A stretch of 36,004 nucleotides of DNA from Thermoleophilia bacterium (GTDB taxonomy: Bacteria; Actinomycetota; Thermoleophilia; UBA2241): the NCBI GenBank assembly GCA_035464075.1, contig DATHSP010000159.1, positions 1 through 36,004 of the forward strand. The letters run 5' to 3'. The notes beneath the pieces were generated by a model. That model did not search any database. It had not been told where the DNA came from and worked only from the letters and a program-made list of their open reading frames with translations. This document shows, one piece after another, positions 10,832-19,589 of the stretch (positions are counted from its first letter, which is position 1; every line of letters starts with the position of its first letter). The position numbers and the translations under genes are program-made.

Positions 10832-11374
10832 TCACACTTCTGCCGTCTGCAGCCGCCGCCGCAGCTGATTGATGCGGGCGCGCACGCTGCCGTCCACGAT
10901 GGTGTCGCCGACACGCAGCACGAGACCGCCGATCACCGCCGGGTCGACACGCTCCGTGAGCTCCACCCGGCGGCCGGTGGCGGTGCGCACCTGCTCGGCG
11001 AGGCGCTCGCGTGAGGCGCCCTTCAGCGCCACCGCCGTGGTGACCTCGACGGTCACGATCTCGGCTTCGCGCGCCGCCAGGTGGCCGTAGTGCTCCGCCA
11101 GGCCGGGGATCGCCGCCGCGCGCCCCTTCTGCAACATGAGCTGGAGGGTGTTCGACAGCAGCGGCTGCGCCTCGCGGGTGAGCTCGCCCACGACCCGTCG
11201 CTTGGCCTCCGAGTCGATCTGCGGGTCGTGCAGGGCGTGACGCAGGGGCACGGAGGCCGCGAGGGCGGCCACGAACTCGCCGAGCTCGCGGCCGACGCGC
11301 TCGACCGCGCCCTCCTCGCGTGCGGCGTCGAAGAGGGCTTGGGCGTACACCCGGGCGACGGAAGTCTCGCTCAT
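10832..11374 (-). CDS. atpH: F1 ATP synthase subunit delta (OSCP)
   Basis: The ORF-track entry 10832-11812 was trimmed to ATG 11374 (MSETSVARVYAQALFDAAREEG...), which overlaps the atpF stop by 4 nt (ATGA). The discarded upstream part is Arg-rich and overlaps atpF in another frame. 180 aa. Confidence 0.9.
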   Translation of the reverse strand: MSETSVARVYAQALFDAAREEGAVERVGRELGEFVAALAASVPLRHALHDPQIDSEAKRRVVGELTREAQPLLSNTLQLMLQKGRAAAIPGLAEHYGHLAAREAEIVTVEVTTAVALKGASRERLAEQVRTATGRRVELTERVDPAVIGGLVLRVGDTIVDGSVRARINQLRRRLQTAEV

Positions 11375-11880
11375 CGGCCGGGCCCCGCCCCCAGTCCGTC
11401 GAGGTCGATCTCGCGCAGGGCGTCGTCGACCAGGCGCTGGTGGTCCTCGGCGCTCAGGCTGCGCACGGTCACCTTCTCGGTGGCCAGCGCCGTGAGCTCG
11501 GCGACCTCGGAGCGCAGCGCGCGCAGCGCGCTGCGCGTATCGCGCTCGACCTGTTCGTGGGCTTTCTCGACGATGCGTTCGGACTGACGCCGCGCCTCGT
11601 CGACCATCTCGGCCTTGGCCGTGTCGCCGGCGAGCCGCGCCCGCTCGACGATCGCCTCCGCCTCGCTGCGCACCTCGGCCAGCGTCTTCTTGTACTCCTC
11701 GAGCAGGGCCTGCGCCTCGGCGCGCGTCTGCTCGGCCGTGTCGAGGCTCTCCTGGATGCGGGCACGGCGCCCGTCTATCGCGCGCTGCAGGGGCCCGAAG
11801 GCGTACTTCCACAGCACGAGCACCGAGAGCCCGAACGTGAGCAGCGTCCAGGGGATGAGACCCCAGTTCGGATCCAGCAT
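11371..11880 (-). CDS. atpF: F0 ATP synthase subunit b
   Basis: 169 aa with a single N-terminal TM (WGLIPWTLLTFGLSVLVLW) followed by a long charged helical stalk. It lies between atpE and atpH. Confidence 0.9.
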   Translation of the reverse strand: MLDPNWGLIPWTLLTFGLSVLVLWKYAFGPLQRAIDGRRARIQESLDTAEQTRAEAQALLEEYKKTLAEVRSEAEAIVERARLAGDTAKAEMVDEARRQSERIVEKAHEQVERDTRSALRALRSEVAELTALATEKVTVRSLSAEDHQRLVDDALREIDLDGLGAGPGR

Positions 11881-11918
11881 ACGTCTCTCCGATCGTCCGG
11901 TCGCGGTCCTCGGCGGCC

Positions 11919-12149
11919 TCAGGCGACGAAGATCAGGATCAGGGCGACGACGAACGCGTAGAGCGCGACAGCCTCGGTCACGCCGATGCCGATGAACATG
12001 TTGACGCGGATCTCACCGGACACTTCGGGCTGCCGGGCGATGCTCTCGAGCGCCTTGCTGATCAGCATGCCCAGACCCAGGGCGGGCCCGATGGACCCGA
12101 CACCCATCGAGATGCCTGCGGCGAGCAGTCTGGCGGAGTCAGCGTCCAT
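11919..12149 (-). CDS. atpE: F0 ATP synthase subunit c
   Basis: 76 aa, a two-helix hairpin with an ARQPE loop and a carboxylate in GIGVTEAVALYAFVVAL. A perfect AAGGAGG SD lies upstream. Confidence 0.95.
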   Translation of the reverse strand: MDADSARLLAAGISMGVGSIGPALGLGMLISKALESIARQPEVSGEIRVNMFIGIGVTEAVALYAFVVALILIFVA

Positions 12150-12192
12150 TCAGTTTCCTCCTTGACGGTTCTCAGACCACGTGGTCGAACGG

Positions 12193-13047
12193 CTAGTGCT
12201 CCTGGTCGAGCGCCCCTCCGATGTACACCCCGGAGAGGATGGCGAAGATGAACGCCTGGATGAAGGCGACGAAGAGCTCGAACAGGTAGATCAGGACGGA
12301 CCCGCCCTGCAGGAGCGCGGCGGCGGCGTAGTTCTGGAAGAGCAGCGCCATGCCGAAGAACACCGCGAGGATGGCGTGCCCGGCCAGCATGTTGGCGAAG
12401 AGACGGACGGAGAGCGAGACCACGCGGAAGACCTCGCTCACGGCGTGGATGACCCAGATCAGCTGGCGCAGCACCGGCGGCGCGCTGGCCGGCGCCCAGT
12501 TGCGCACGTACGCGACCGGGCCGTTCTTGCGCACCCCGGCGTAGTGCGTGAAGACGAACGTGCAGAGCGCCAGGGAGAGCGTCACGTAGAGGTTCGCCGT
12601 GGCCGCGTAGAAACCGAGCGACCAGTGCTCGGCGAACGGCAGCGGCACGAGGCCGACCAGGTTGCTGATGAGGACGAAGAAGAACACCCCCGCGACGTAG
12701 GGGAACCACGTCTCGCGGCCGCTCTTCATCACGCTGCCGACGATGCTGTCGCGCGCCAGCTCGTAGAGGGTCTCCATGGCGAACTGGAAGCGCCCGGGCA
12801 CGGGCTTGACGCCGCGGTTGATGAAGAACGCGAGCACGCAGACCACGCCGAAGGTGATCCACAGGTAGACCACGGTCTTGTTGACGGAGAGGTCGACCGG
12901 GCCGATGGAGGGCAGGTGGATGAGCGGGTGCGTCGCGAACTCCTCGACCACGTCGAACTCGGCGCTCTCGCCGCCGGGCAGGAGGAAGAGCACGACGACG
13001 CCCAGGAGGACGAGGGTGAGGATGACGAAGAGGCGGCCGCGCTTCAC
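12193..13047 (-). CDS. atpB: F0 ATP synthase subunit a
   Basis: 284 aa, polytopic, with the conserved essential-Arg region LSVRLFANMLAGH. The GTG start overlaps the upstream stop (GTGA). Confidence 0.95.
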   Translation of the reverse strand: MKRGRLFVILTLVLLGVVVLFLLPGGESAEFDVVEEFATHPLIHLPSIGPVDLSVNKTVVYLWITFGVVCVLAFFINRGVKPVPGRFQFAMETLYELARDSIVGSVMKSGRETWFPYVAGVFFFVLISNLVGLVPLPFAEHWSLGFYAATANLYVTLSLALCTFVFTHYAGVRKNGPVAYVRNWAPASAPPVLRQLIWVIHAVSEVFRVVSLSVRLFANMLAGHAILAVFFGMALLFQNYAAAALLQGGSVLIYLFELFVAFIQAFIFAILSGVYIGGALDQEH

Positions 13048-13445
13048 GAGCGCCTCGCCTCACGGGCGCCGAAGGCGCCGGACAGCAGCAGGAGCCGGAC
13101 GGCGAAGTACACGGTGAAGCCGAAGAGGAAGCTCAGCGCCGCGGTGGGCAGGGCCGGACGCGCGAGCAGCGCCACGACGACCAGGCCGCCGACCACGGCG
13201 GCGATGCGCAGGACCATGCCGCCCAGGGCCACGGCGATGGCGTCGGCGAACTCGCCGCGCACGCCGCGGCGCCAGGCGAGCTCGTCGAGCGCCCAGTAGA
13301 CGCCGACGAGCGCGATGCCGGCGACGGCCGCCCACACGGGGCGGCCCACGGCAGCCGCGACGACAGCCGCGAGCACGGCGAGGCCGGCGATGAGCACGGG
13401 GATGAGCGCCTGCCGGGGGATCGATCCGCCTCCTGCCGTCGTCAC
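13044..13445 (-). CDS. atpI: ATP synthase protein I-like small membrane protein
   Basis: 133 aa with about 4 hydrophobic spans. It lies immediately upstream of atpB, with 4-nt GTGA overlaps on both sides. The assignment rests on position and topology only. Confidence 0.65.
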   Translation of the reverse strand: MTTAGGGSIPRQALIPVLIAGLAVLAAVVAAAVGRPVWAAVAGIALVGVYWALDELAWRRGVRGEFADAIAVALGGMVLRIAAVVGGLVVVALLARPALPTAALSFLFGFTVYFAVRLLLLSGAFGAREARRS

Positions 13446-13666
13446 TTCGTCTCGAGATACACCGCGTACAGGGCGACGGCGAAACCGACGAACACCCCGA
13501 TCGCCGTCGTCAGAGGGAAGGTGCCGAGAGCGTAATCGATGCCCCCTCCGACGGCGATGCCCGTCACCACGCCACCGAGCAGCAGGAACGCCACCGACTC
13601 GGCGGACGCCGACGACTTCGGCTTGCCGCCCTTGCCCTCACCGTCGCCTCTGCGCGGAGATGTCAC
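13442..13666 (-). CDS. AtpZ/AtpI-family small membrane protein (putative F0F1 accessory subunit)
   Basis: 74 aa, GTG start, with a basic N-terminus (RRGDGEGKGGKPK) and 2 TM helices (VAFLLLGGVVTGIAVGGGIDYALG; TAIGVFVGFAVALYAVY). First cistron of the atp block. Confidence 0.65.
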   Translation of the reverse strand: MTSPRRGDGEGKGGKPKSSASAESVAFLLLGGVVTGIAVGGGIDYALGTFPLTTAIGVFVGFAVALYAVYLETK

Positions 13667-13702
13667 ACTCTACCTGTCGCGTCGTGTGCCCGCAACGGAG
13701 CC

Positions 13703-14800
13703 CTAACCCTCGACCCCACGCTCAGTATCTCCCTCGCCACCGCCGTCGTCACGCACGAGCCGTCCGCCGGTGTCGCGCCGCACGGAGCGGAAGCGGGTGA
13801 GCAGGCGGAACATGTAGACGGTGGCGACGGCGGAGGTCGCCCCGAGGACGGCGATGCCCGTGGCCGACCCGCGCTGCATGGCGATCGCCAGGCCGTTGAG
13901 GAGCAAGCACCAGCCGTAGAGCAAGAGGACGCTCTTGCGCTGTGAGAAGCCGTGCACGAGCACGAGGTCGTGATGGACGTGGTCCTGCCCCGCTGCGTAG
14001 AAGGGCACGCCTCTCTTCCAGCGGCGCCAGACGATGAGGAAGAGGTCGGTGAACGGCACCGCGAGCACGAGCAGCGGCAGCACGAGGGCGACGGCCGCCG
14101 TGCTCTTCAGCGGGCTCTGCACGCTGATCGCGCCGAGGGTGAAGCCGAGCAGCATCGACCCGGCGTCGCCCATGAAGATGCTCGCCGGGTGGAAGTTGAA
14201 GCGCAGGAAGGCGAAGGTCGCGCCGGCGAGCACGGCGGCGACGATGCCCATGGTCGGGAACCCCGTCGAGAGCGAGATCACGCTGAAGGTGAGCGCGGAG
14301 ATCGCGCACACGCCGGCGGCGAGGCCGTCGAGACCGTCGATGAAGTTGACCATGTTGATGATCGCCGCCATCCACACCGCGGTCACGAGGACGGAGAGGA
14401 TCGTCGGGAAGTGGATGAAGACGTCGGTGAACGGCACGGCGACGCGCGTGATGCGCACCTCGAAGTAGATCGCCACCCCGATCGCCAGCAGCTGGCCGAT
14501 GAACTTGACGATGGGCTCGAGCTCGTAGAGGTCGTCGTACAGCCCGACGGCGACGACGATCGTCGCGCCCCCGATGATCCCCCAGACGGGGCGCGTGACT
14601 TCGACCAGAAGGAACGTCGAGACCAGCCACGCCGCGTAGATCGCGAGCCCGCCGAGCAGCGGGATGGCGGCCATGTGCATGCGGCGCTCGTCGGTGGGCA
14701 GGTCGACGGCACCGGCGCGGTGGGCGAGGCGGGCCATGAGCGGCGTCAGCAGGTAGACGAGCACCGCCGCCAGCACGAAGCCGAGCACGGCGGTGCGCAC
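13703..14800 (-). CDS. wecA: Undecaprenyl/decaprenyl-phosphate N-acetylglucosamine-1-phosphate transferase (MraY/WecA GT4 family)
   Basis: 365 aa with about 10 TM helices. Motifs: NMVNFIDGLDGLAAG and FMGDAGSMLLGF. It lies directly upstream of the atp operon, as rfe/wecA does in other Actinobacteria. GTG start, no clear SD. Confidence 0.9.
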   Translation of the reverse strand: MRTAVLGFVLAAVLVYLLTPLMARLAHRAGAVDLPTDERRMHMAAIPLLGGLAIYAAWLVSTFLLVEVTRPVWGIIGGATIVVAVGLYDDLYELEPIVKFIGQLLAIGVAIYFEVRITRVAVPFTDVFIHFPTILSVLVTAVWMAAIINMVNFIDGLDGLAAGVCAISALTFSVISLSTGFPTMGIVAAVLAGATFAFLRFNFHPASIFMGDAGSMLLGFTLGAISVQSPLKSTAAVALVLPLLVLAVPFTDLFLIVWRRWKRGVPFYAAGQDHVHHDLVLVHGFSQRKSVLLLYGWCLLLNGLAIAMQRGSATGIAVLGATSAVATVYMFRLLTRFRSVRRDTGGRLVRDDGGGEGDTERGVEG

Positions 14801-14826
14801 CGAGGTCGAGAGGCTGAGGATCCCGC

Positions 14827-15318
14827 CTATGACAGCGTCTCCCTGTGCAGCCGTACGCCGGCCTCTTCGAGCAGCGCTCGCGACAGCTCGTCGGGGTAGC
14901 CCTCCAGGTAGTGGATCTCGCGCACCCCGCAGTTGATCAGCATCTTGGCGCAGAGGACGCAGGGGTGCAGCGTGGTGTAGAGGGTCGCGCCCTCGATGGC
15001 GACGCCGTGGAGAGCGGCCTGGATGATGGCGTTCTGCTCGGCGTGGATGGCGCGGCAGAGCTCCTGGCGCTCGCCCGACGGGATGCCGAGCTCCTCGCGC
15101 AGGCAGCCGACGTCGAGGCAGTGCGCCACGCCGCGGGGCGCGCCGTTGTACCCCGTCGCGAGGATGCGCTTGTCGCGCACCAGCAGAGCGCCGACCTGGC
15201 GCCGCAGGCAGGTCGAGCGGGTGGCCGCCTGCCGGGCGAGCTGGAGGAAGTACTCGTCCCAGCTCGGCCGCTCCGGGCGGCCGGACGCGGACCCCGCGGT
15301 CTGCGGCCCGTCGCCCAT
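14827..15318 (-). CDS. dCMP deaminase (ComEB-like cytidine/deoxycytidylate deaminase)
   Basis: The ORF-track entry 14827-16566 was trimmed to ATG 15318 (MGDGPQTAG...), which overlaps the glyA stop by 1 nt. Zinc-binding motifs are HAEQNAI and [10 protein letters not shown]. 163 aa. Confidence 0.9.
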   Translation of the reverse strand: MGDGPQTAGSASGRPERPSWDEYFLQLARQAATRSTCLRRQVGALLVRDKRILATGYNGAPRGVAHCLDVGCLREELGIPSGERQELCRAIHAEQNAIIQAALHGVAIEGATLYTTLHPCVLCAKMLINCGVREIHYLEGYPDELSRALLEEAGVRLHRETLS

Positions 15319-16595
15319 CAGAGGAACTCGTAGAGCGGGAAGCGGTCGAGGAGCTCGACGACCTCGCCGCGGATGACGTCGAGCGCCCCGGGGTCGTGCC
15401 GGTGCTCGATGGCGCGCAGCACGAGCTCGCCGGTGGCCCGCATATCGGCCTCCTCGAAGCCGCGTGTGGTCACGGCCGGCGAGCCCACGCGCAGGCCGCT
15501 GGTCGCGTTGAAGGCGGCGTCGTCGAAGGGGATGACGTTGCGGTTGGCGGTGATGTTGACCGAGTCGAGGAGCTGCTCGCCCTCGCGGCCGGTCATGCCG
15601 ACGCTGCGCAGGTCGACGAGAGCGAGGTGCACGTCGGTGCCGCCGGAGACGAGGCGCAGTCCGCCCTCGGCCAGCGTCTCGGCCAGGGCGGAGGCGTTGC
15701 TCACGATCTGCCGCTGCAGGCGCTGGAACTCCTCGCTGGAGGCGATCCGGAAGCAGACCGCCTTGGCGGCGATGACGTGCATCAGCGGCCCCCCCTGCAT
15801 GCCGGGGAAGACCGCCTTGTCGATCGCCGGGCCGTGCGCGCCGCGACACATGATGAGGCCGGCTCGCGGCCCCGTCAGCGTCTTGTGCGTCGTGCTCGTG
15901 ACCACGTCGCAGTGCGGCACCGGGTTGGGGTGGGCCCCCGCCGCCACGAGGCCGGCGACGTGGGCGATGTCGGCCATGAGCAGGGCGCCGACCTCGTCGG
16001 CGATCCGGCGGAAGGCGGCGAAGTCGATGGTCCGCGGGTACGAGCTGTACCCGCAGACGATGAGCCGCGGCCGGTGCTCGAGCGCCAGCGCCCGGACCTC
16101 GTCGTAGTCGATCGTCTCCGTGTCGCGCCGCACGTGGTACGGCACGAAGCGGTACGTGCGCCCGGAGTAGTTCAGCTCGAGGCCGTGGGTCAGGTGACCC
16201 CCGTGCGCGAGCTCCATCGCCATGACGGTGTCGCCCGGATCGAGCAGCGCGAAGTACACGGCGAGGTTGGCCGACGAGCCGGAGTGCGGCTGCACGTTGA
16301 CGTGCTCGGCGCCGAAGATCGCCTTGCAGCGGTCGATGGCGAGCTGCTCCACCTCGTCGATGACCTCGCAGCCGCCGTAGTAGCGCGCCCCGGGGTAGCC
16401 TTCGGCGTACTTGTTGGTGAGCACCGAGCCCGTGGCCTCGAGGACGGCGCGGCTGGCGAAGTTCTCCGAGGCGATGAGCTCGAGGGTCTCCTGCTGGCGG
16501 AGGAGCTCGGCGCGAAGGAGCTGGTTGAGCACCGGGTCGAGCTCGTAGATCGGCTGCCGCCGCCACTCCCGCCCGACGACGCGGTGCGGTGTCAC
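15318..16595 (-). CDS. glyA: Serine hydroxymethyltransferase
   Basis: LELIASENF, the PLP-Lys motif [12 protein letters not shown] and a C-terminal YEFL. The ORF extends to 16670, but GTG 16595 overlaps the rpiB stop (GTGA) and removes an Arg/Gly-rich non-homologous head. Confidence 0.95.
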   Translation of the reverse strand: MTPHRVVGREWRRQPIYELDPVLNQLLRAELLRQQETLELIASENFASRAVLEATGSVLTNKYAEGYPGARYYGGCEVIDEVEQLAIDRCKAIFGAEHVNVQPHSGSSANLAVYFALLDPGDTVMAMELAHGGHLTHGLELNYSGRTYRFVPYHVRRDTETIDYDEVRALALEHRPRLIVCGYSSYPRTIDFAAFRRIADEVGALLMADIAHVAGLVAAGAHPNPVPHCDVVTSTTHKTLTGPRAGLIMCRGAHGPAIDKAVFPGMQGGPLMHVIAAKAVCFRIASSEEFQRLQRQIVSNASALAETLAEGGLRLVSGGTDVHLALVDLRSVGMTGREGEQLLDSVNITANRNVIPFDDAAFNATSGLRVGSPAVTTRGFEEADMRATGELVLRAIEHRHDPGALDVIRGEVVELLDRFPLYEFL

Positions 16596-17038
16596 CCGCC
16601 CTGCCCCTCGCCCTCGATGCCCTCCACGCGGCGGGCGTGGCGCCCGCCCTCGAACGGCGTCGCCATCCACACCTCGGTCACCGCCCAGGCCTCCTCCTCG
16701 GAGAGGATGCGGCCGGCCAGGCAGAGGACGTTGGCGTCATTGTGACGGCGCGACATCTCGGCGAGGTGCGGCGTGGTGGCCACGGCCGCGCGGACGCCGT
16801 GGTGGCGGTTGGCCGCCATGCACACCCCGAGCCCGGTGCCGCAGACGAGGACGCCGCGCTCGGCCTCGCCGCTCTCGACCATGGCGCCGACGGCGTGGGC
16901 GTAGTCCGGGTAGTCGACCGACGTCTCACCGTCGGCGGCGCCGAGGTCGACGACGACGTGGCCCTGGGCGCGCAGGCGGCGCACCACGGCCTCCTTGATG
17001 CTGAACCCTGCGTGATCGCTGCCGGCGGCGAGCTTCAC
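16592..17038 (-). CDS. rpiB: Ribose-5-phosphate isomerase B
   Basis: Trimmed to GTG 17038 ([16 protein letters not shown]...), with AGGAGG 5 nt upstream (17042-17047 on the - strand). RpiB/LacAB signature [16 protein letters not shown]. 148 aa. Confidence 0.9.
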   Translation of the reverse strand: MKLAAGSDHAGFSIKEAVVRRLRAQGHVVVDLGAADGETSVDYPDYAHAVGAMVESGEAERGVLVCGTGLGVCMAANRHHGVRAAVATTPHLAEMSRRHNDANVLCLAGRILSEEEAWAVTEVWMATPFEGGRHARRVEGIEGEGQGG

Positions 17039-17066
17039 GTGAGGCCTCCTCTCGAGAGCGTGACAC

Positions 17067-17099
17067 GCGGCCGGCGACGCACCGCGTCGCACCGGCCGC
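17067..17099 (-). promoter_or_regulatory. Strong GC hairpin in the predicted 5' UTR of rpiB-glyA
   Basis: The - strand reads GCGGCCGG-TG-CGACGC-GGT-GCGTCG-CCGGCCGC: 14 bp with a 2-nt bulge and a small loop. It lies between the TAGAAT box (17111-17116) and the rpiB SD. Confidence 0.5.
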
Positions 17100-17110
17100 T
17101 CAACGCCCGG

Positions 17111-17119
17111 ATTCTACCA
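17111..17119 (-). promoter_or_regulatory. Candidate extended -10 promoter (TGgTAGAAT) for rpiB-glyA-...-atp block
   Basis: The - strand reads gcTGgTAGAATccggg within the 206-nt tsaC-rpiB spacer. The same TAGAAT hexamer recurs upstream of dnaE and of the leuA leader. Confidence 0.45.
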
Positions 17120-17172
17120 GCGGCACCGCCCGGCGACAGCCACGACGACGCGAGCCCAGCGCGCGCGCCGGA

Positions 17173-17228
17173 GCGCCGTGCGGGAGCGCCACGACAGGCT
17201 CCGCGCCACCGCGCCGTGAGGGAGCGCC
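17173..17228. repeat. Two 18-nt direct repeats upstream of the rpiB promoter
   Basis: gcgccgtgcgggagcgcc (17173-17190) and gcgccgtgagggagcgcc (17211-17228) match at 17 of 18 positions, with starts 38 nt apart. They lie roughly 60-120 nt upstream of the putative TSS. Confidence 0.4.
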
Positions 17229-17244
17229 CGCGCGGGACACGGCG

Positions 17245-17961
17245 TCAGGGCGCCGGCAGGTCGTCCCGCTTCTTCGTCAGCAGCTCCTCGATGGCCGCCT
17301 CGTCCCACGGGCCCGGGCGCAGCAGGCGCCAGCGCCCGTCGTCCTCGTACGTGCTGAGGTCCACGACACTCGAGGCGAGTCCGGCGACCGGACCGGCGTC
17401 GAGCGCCAGGTCACAAGCCTCCAGCACCGCGGCGTCGACCTCGGCGAGCGCGGTCGCGGGCCGCTCGCCGCTGCGGTTGGCGCTCGAGGCGACGAGTGGG
17501 TACGGCAGCGTCTGGAGCAGGCGTGCGTCGCCGGGCCAGCGCGGTACGCGGACACCCAGCGTCGGCACCACCACCGTCTCCGACCGACCGAAACGCCGAC
17601 GACGCTCGACGCGCACCTCGCCGGGCGGCGGCACCGACCAGTCACCGGGGTACGGGACGAGCAGGGTGACGGGGCCGGGCAGGAGGCGCCGGCAGGCGTC
17701 CCGCAGCCGGCGCCCCAGCGGCACGGTCGCGAGCAGCAGCTCGCGCGCCGGGAAGACCACCTGCAGGGGCTTCGACGGCTCGCGGCCCTTGGCCGTCCTG
17801 ACCGCCTCGACGACCGCCGGCGAGAGCACACCGCCGACGCCGTAGACGGTGTCGGTGGGGAAGCAGACGAGCCGCGCCGCGGCCAGCGTCGCCGCCAGCT
17901 CGAGCGCCTCGCCGGCGCCGATGGCGCCGAGATCGACGCGGCGCGGACCGCCCACGCTCAC
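17245..17961 (-). CDS. tsaC: L-threonylcarbamoyladenylate synthase (YrdC/Sua5/TsaC family)
   Basis: Trimmed to GTG 17961, which overlaps the hisF stop (GTGA); other in-frame GTGs at 17955 and 17937 are possible. YrdC motifs are [12 protein letters not shown] and [15 protein letters not shown]. About 238 aa. Confidence 0.85.
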   Translation of the reverse strand: MSVGGPRRVDLGAIGAGEALELAATLAAARLVCFPTDTVYGVGGVLSPAVVEAVRTAKGREPSKPLQVVFPARELLLATVPLGRRLRDACRRLLPGPVTLLVPYPGDWSVPPPGEVRVERRRRFGRSETVVVPTLGVRVPRWPGDARLLQTLPYPLVASSANRSGERPATALAEVDAAVLEACDLALDAGPVAGLASSVVDLSTYEDDGRWRLLRPGPWDEAAIEELLTKKRDDLPAP

Positions 17962-18845
17962 GCGGCGTCCTGTACCGGGCGCACGGGGATGCCGCGCGCG
18001 GCGAGGAAGCGACGTGCCTCGGCGATCGAGTACGTGCCGTAGTGGAAGATCGAGGCGGCGAGCACGGCGTCGGCCTCGCCCGCGGTGAGGCCCTCGGCGA
18101 GATGCTCGAGCGTACCCACCCCGCCGGAGGCGATGACCGGGACGTCGACGGCACGGGCGACGGCACGGGTGAGCTCGAGGTCGTAGCCGTCGAGGGTGCC
18201 GTCCCTGTCCATGCTCGTGAGCATGAACTCGCCGGCGCCGAGCTCGGCCGCGCGCACGGCCCACTCGAGGGCGTCGATGCCGGTCGGGGTGCGCCCGCCG
18301 TGCACGTAGACCTCCCAGCGCGACGCCGGGTGCCCCTCCCGGCCCGGGCCTTCCTCCCCACCTGCGCTTTCCTTCCCGCGTGGGCCTTCCTCCCGGCCTA
18401 CGCCTTCCTCCCCGCGCGGGCTCCCCTCAAGGGCCGTACCCGCCACACGCTTGGCGTCGATGGCGACCACGATGCACTGCGTCCCAAAACGCTCGGCGCA
18501 GCGCCGGACAAGCCCCGGGTCCTCGACCGCGGCCGTGTTCATCGTCACCTTGTCGGCGCCGGCGGCGAGGATCGCGCGCACGTCCTCCTCGCTCGACAGG
18601 CCCCCGCCGATGGTGAACGGGATGAAGACCTGCTCGGCGCAGCGCGCGGCCAGGCCGGCGATGATCTCGCGGCGCTCGTGCGAGGCGGTGATGTCGAGGA
18701 AGACGAGCTCGTCGGCGCCCTCGGCGTCGTAGCGCGCGGCGAGCTCCACGGGGTCGCCGGCATCACGCAGGCCGACGAAGTTGACGCCTTTGACGACGCG
18801 GCCTTCGCGCACGTCGAGGCAGGGGATGATGCGCTTGCAGTGCAC
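17958..18845 (-). CDS. hisF: Imidazole glycerol phosphate synthase cyclase subunit (with ~38-aa repeat insertion)
   Basis: 295 aa, GTG start. Motifs: [28 protein letters not shown]...[15 protein letters not shown]. It is about 40 aa longer than canonical HisF because of a hexapeptide repeat block. Confidence 0.95.
   Translation of the reverse strand: MHCKRIIPCLDVREGRVVKGVNFVGLRDAGDPVELAARYDAEGADELVFLDITASHERREIIAGLAARCAEQVFIPFTIGGGLSSEEDVRAILAAGADKVTMNTAAVEDPGLVRRCAERFGTQCIVVAIDAKRVAGTALEGSPRGEEGVGREEGPRGKESAGGEEGPGREGHPASRWEVYVHGGRTPTGIDALEWAVRAAELGAGEFMLTSMDRDGTLDGYDLELTRAVARAVDVPVIASGGVGTLEHLAEGLTAGEADAVLAASIFHYGTYSIAEARRFLAARGIPVRPVQDAA
18330..18437 (-). repeat. In-frame tandem repeat, 18-nt period x6 (4 good + 2 degenerate copies), inside hisF
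   Basis: + strand units start at 18348, 18366, 18384 and 18402: gccttcctcccc / gctttccttccc / gccttcctcccg / gccttcctcccc. Degenerate flanking units start at 18330 and 18420. The block encodes [36 protein letters not shown]. Confidence 0.8.
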
Positions 18846-18857
18846 GCCCGGCGCCGC

Positions 18858-19583
18858 TCAGGCGCGCACGACGTCCATCGCCTCGGCGAGCGTGAACGCC
18901 TTCTCGTACAGCGCCCTGCCGAGGATGACGCCGACGACGTTGGGCGCCTGCAGGCGGCGCAGGCGACGGAGGTCGTCGAGGAGCGCCACGCCGCCCGACA
19001 TGATGATCTCGAGCGAGGTGGCTTCGGCCAGGTCGCGCAGCCCGATCAGGTTGGGGCCGCCCATCATGCCGTCGCGGGCGACGTCGGTGTAGACCACGCG
19101 GCGCACGCCGTGCTGCTCCAGCACCTTGACGAAGCGGATGGCGCTCATCTGCGTGCGCTCCTGCCAGCCGTGGGTCGCCACCATGCCGTCGGTGCAGTCG
19201 AGACCGACGACGAGCCGGTCCTCGAGCCAGTTGACGGCGTCCTGCAGGAGGTCGAGCGCGGTGATGGCGGCCGTGCCCATGACCACCCAGCGCACGCCGA
19301 TGCCGGCGACGAGCGCGAGACTCTTGGGACTGCGGATGCCGCCACCGTACTGGACGGGCACGCTGACGGCGCGGACGATGCGCTCGACGATCTCGAAGTT
19401 GACCAGCTCGCCGGTGCGCGCCGCGTCGAGGTCGATCACATGCAGCGCCTCGGCGCCCTGCGACTGCCACTGCTGGGCGAGGGCCACCGGATCGTCGGAG
19501 AAGACGGTGGCGTCGTCGAAGTCGCCGCGCCGCAGGCGCACGGCCTTGCCGCCTTGGATGTCGATCGCTGGGAACACGATCAT
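18858..19583 (-). CDS. hisA: ProFAR isomerase (HisA; could be the bifunctional PriA type of Actinobacteria)
   Basis: 241 aa with FPAIDIQGGKAVRL, HVIDLDAA, GGGIRS, and a C-terminal GRALYEKAFTLAEA. Confidence 0.93.
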   Translation of the reverse strand: MIVFPAIDIQGGKAVRLRRGDFDDATVFSDDPVALAQQWQSQGAEALHVIDLDAARTGELVNFEIVERIVRAVSVPVQYGGGIRSPKSLALVAGIGVRWVVMGTAAITALDLLQDAVNWLEDRLVVGLDCTDGMVATHGWQERTQMSAIRFVKVLEQHGVRRVVYTDVARDGMMGGPNLIGLRDLAEATSLEIIMSGGVALLDDLRRLRRLQAPNVVGVILGRALYEKAFTLAEAMDVVRA

Positions 19584-19589
19584 GAGCGC

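Noticed and set aside
10832-11880. Possible mycobacterial-style fused b-delta subunit of ATP synthase.
   Set aside because: atpF ends with a TGA at 11371-11373 that overlaps the atpH ATG (11372-11374). The two are in different frames and each has normal length, so they are separate b and delta subunits.
12175-12186. Perfect 12-nt palindrome GACCACGTGGTC between atpB and atpE.
   Set aside because: It is a single occurrence and too short to be a stable hairpin (4-bp stem). It lies inside a 43-nt spacer that already holds a strong SD. Nothing distinguishes it from chance.
17039-17110. Possible riboswitch (ZTP/pfl, THF or T-box) in the rpiB-glyA leader, since glyA is a frequent riboswitch target.
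   Set aside because: The predicted UTR is only about 65 nt and consists essentially of one simple hairpin. I could not find the conserved ZTP 3' element (CCGCCUGGGC-like), THF motifs or T-box sequences. It needs a covariance-model scan to be fully excluded.
18330-18437. Regularly spaced repeats that might be mistaken for a mini CRISPR array or a satellite.
   Set aside because: The period is only 18 nt, with no spacers. The array is in frame inside hisF and flanked on both sides by conserved HisF sequence. No cas genes are present. It is reported instead as an in-frame coding tandem repeat.
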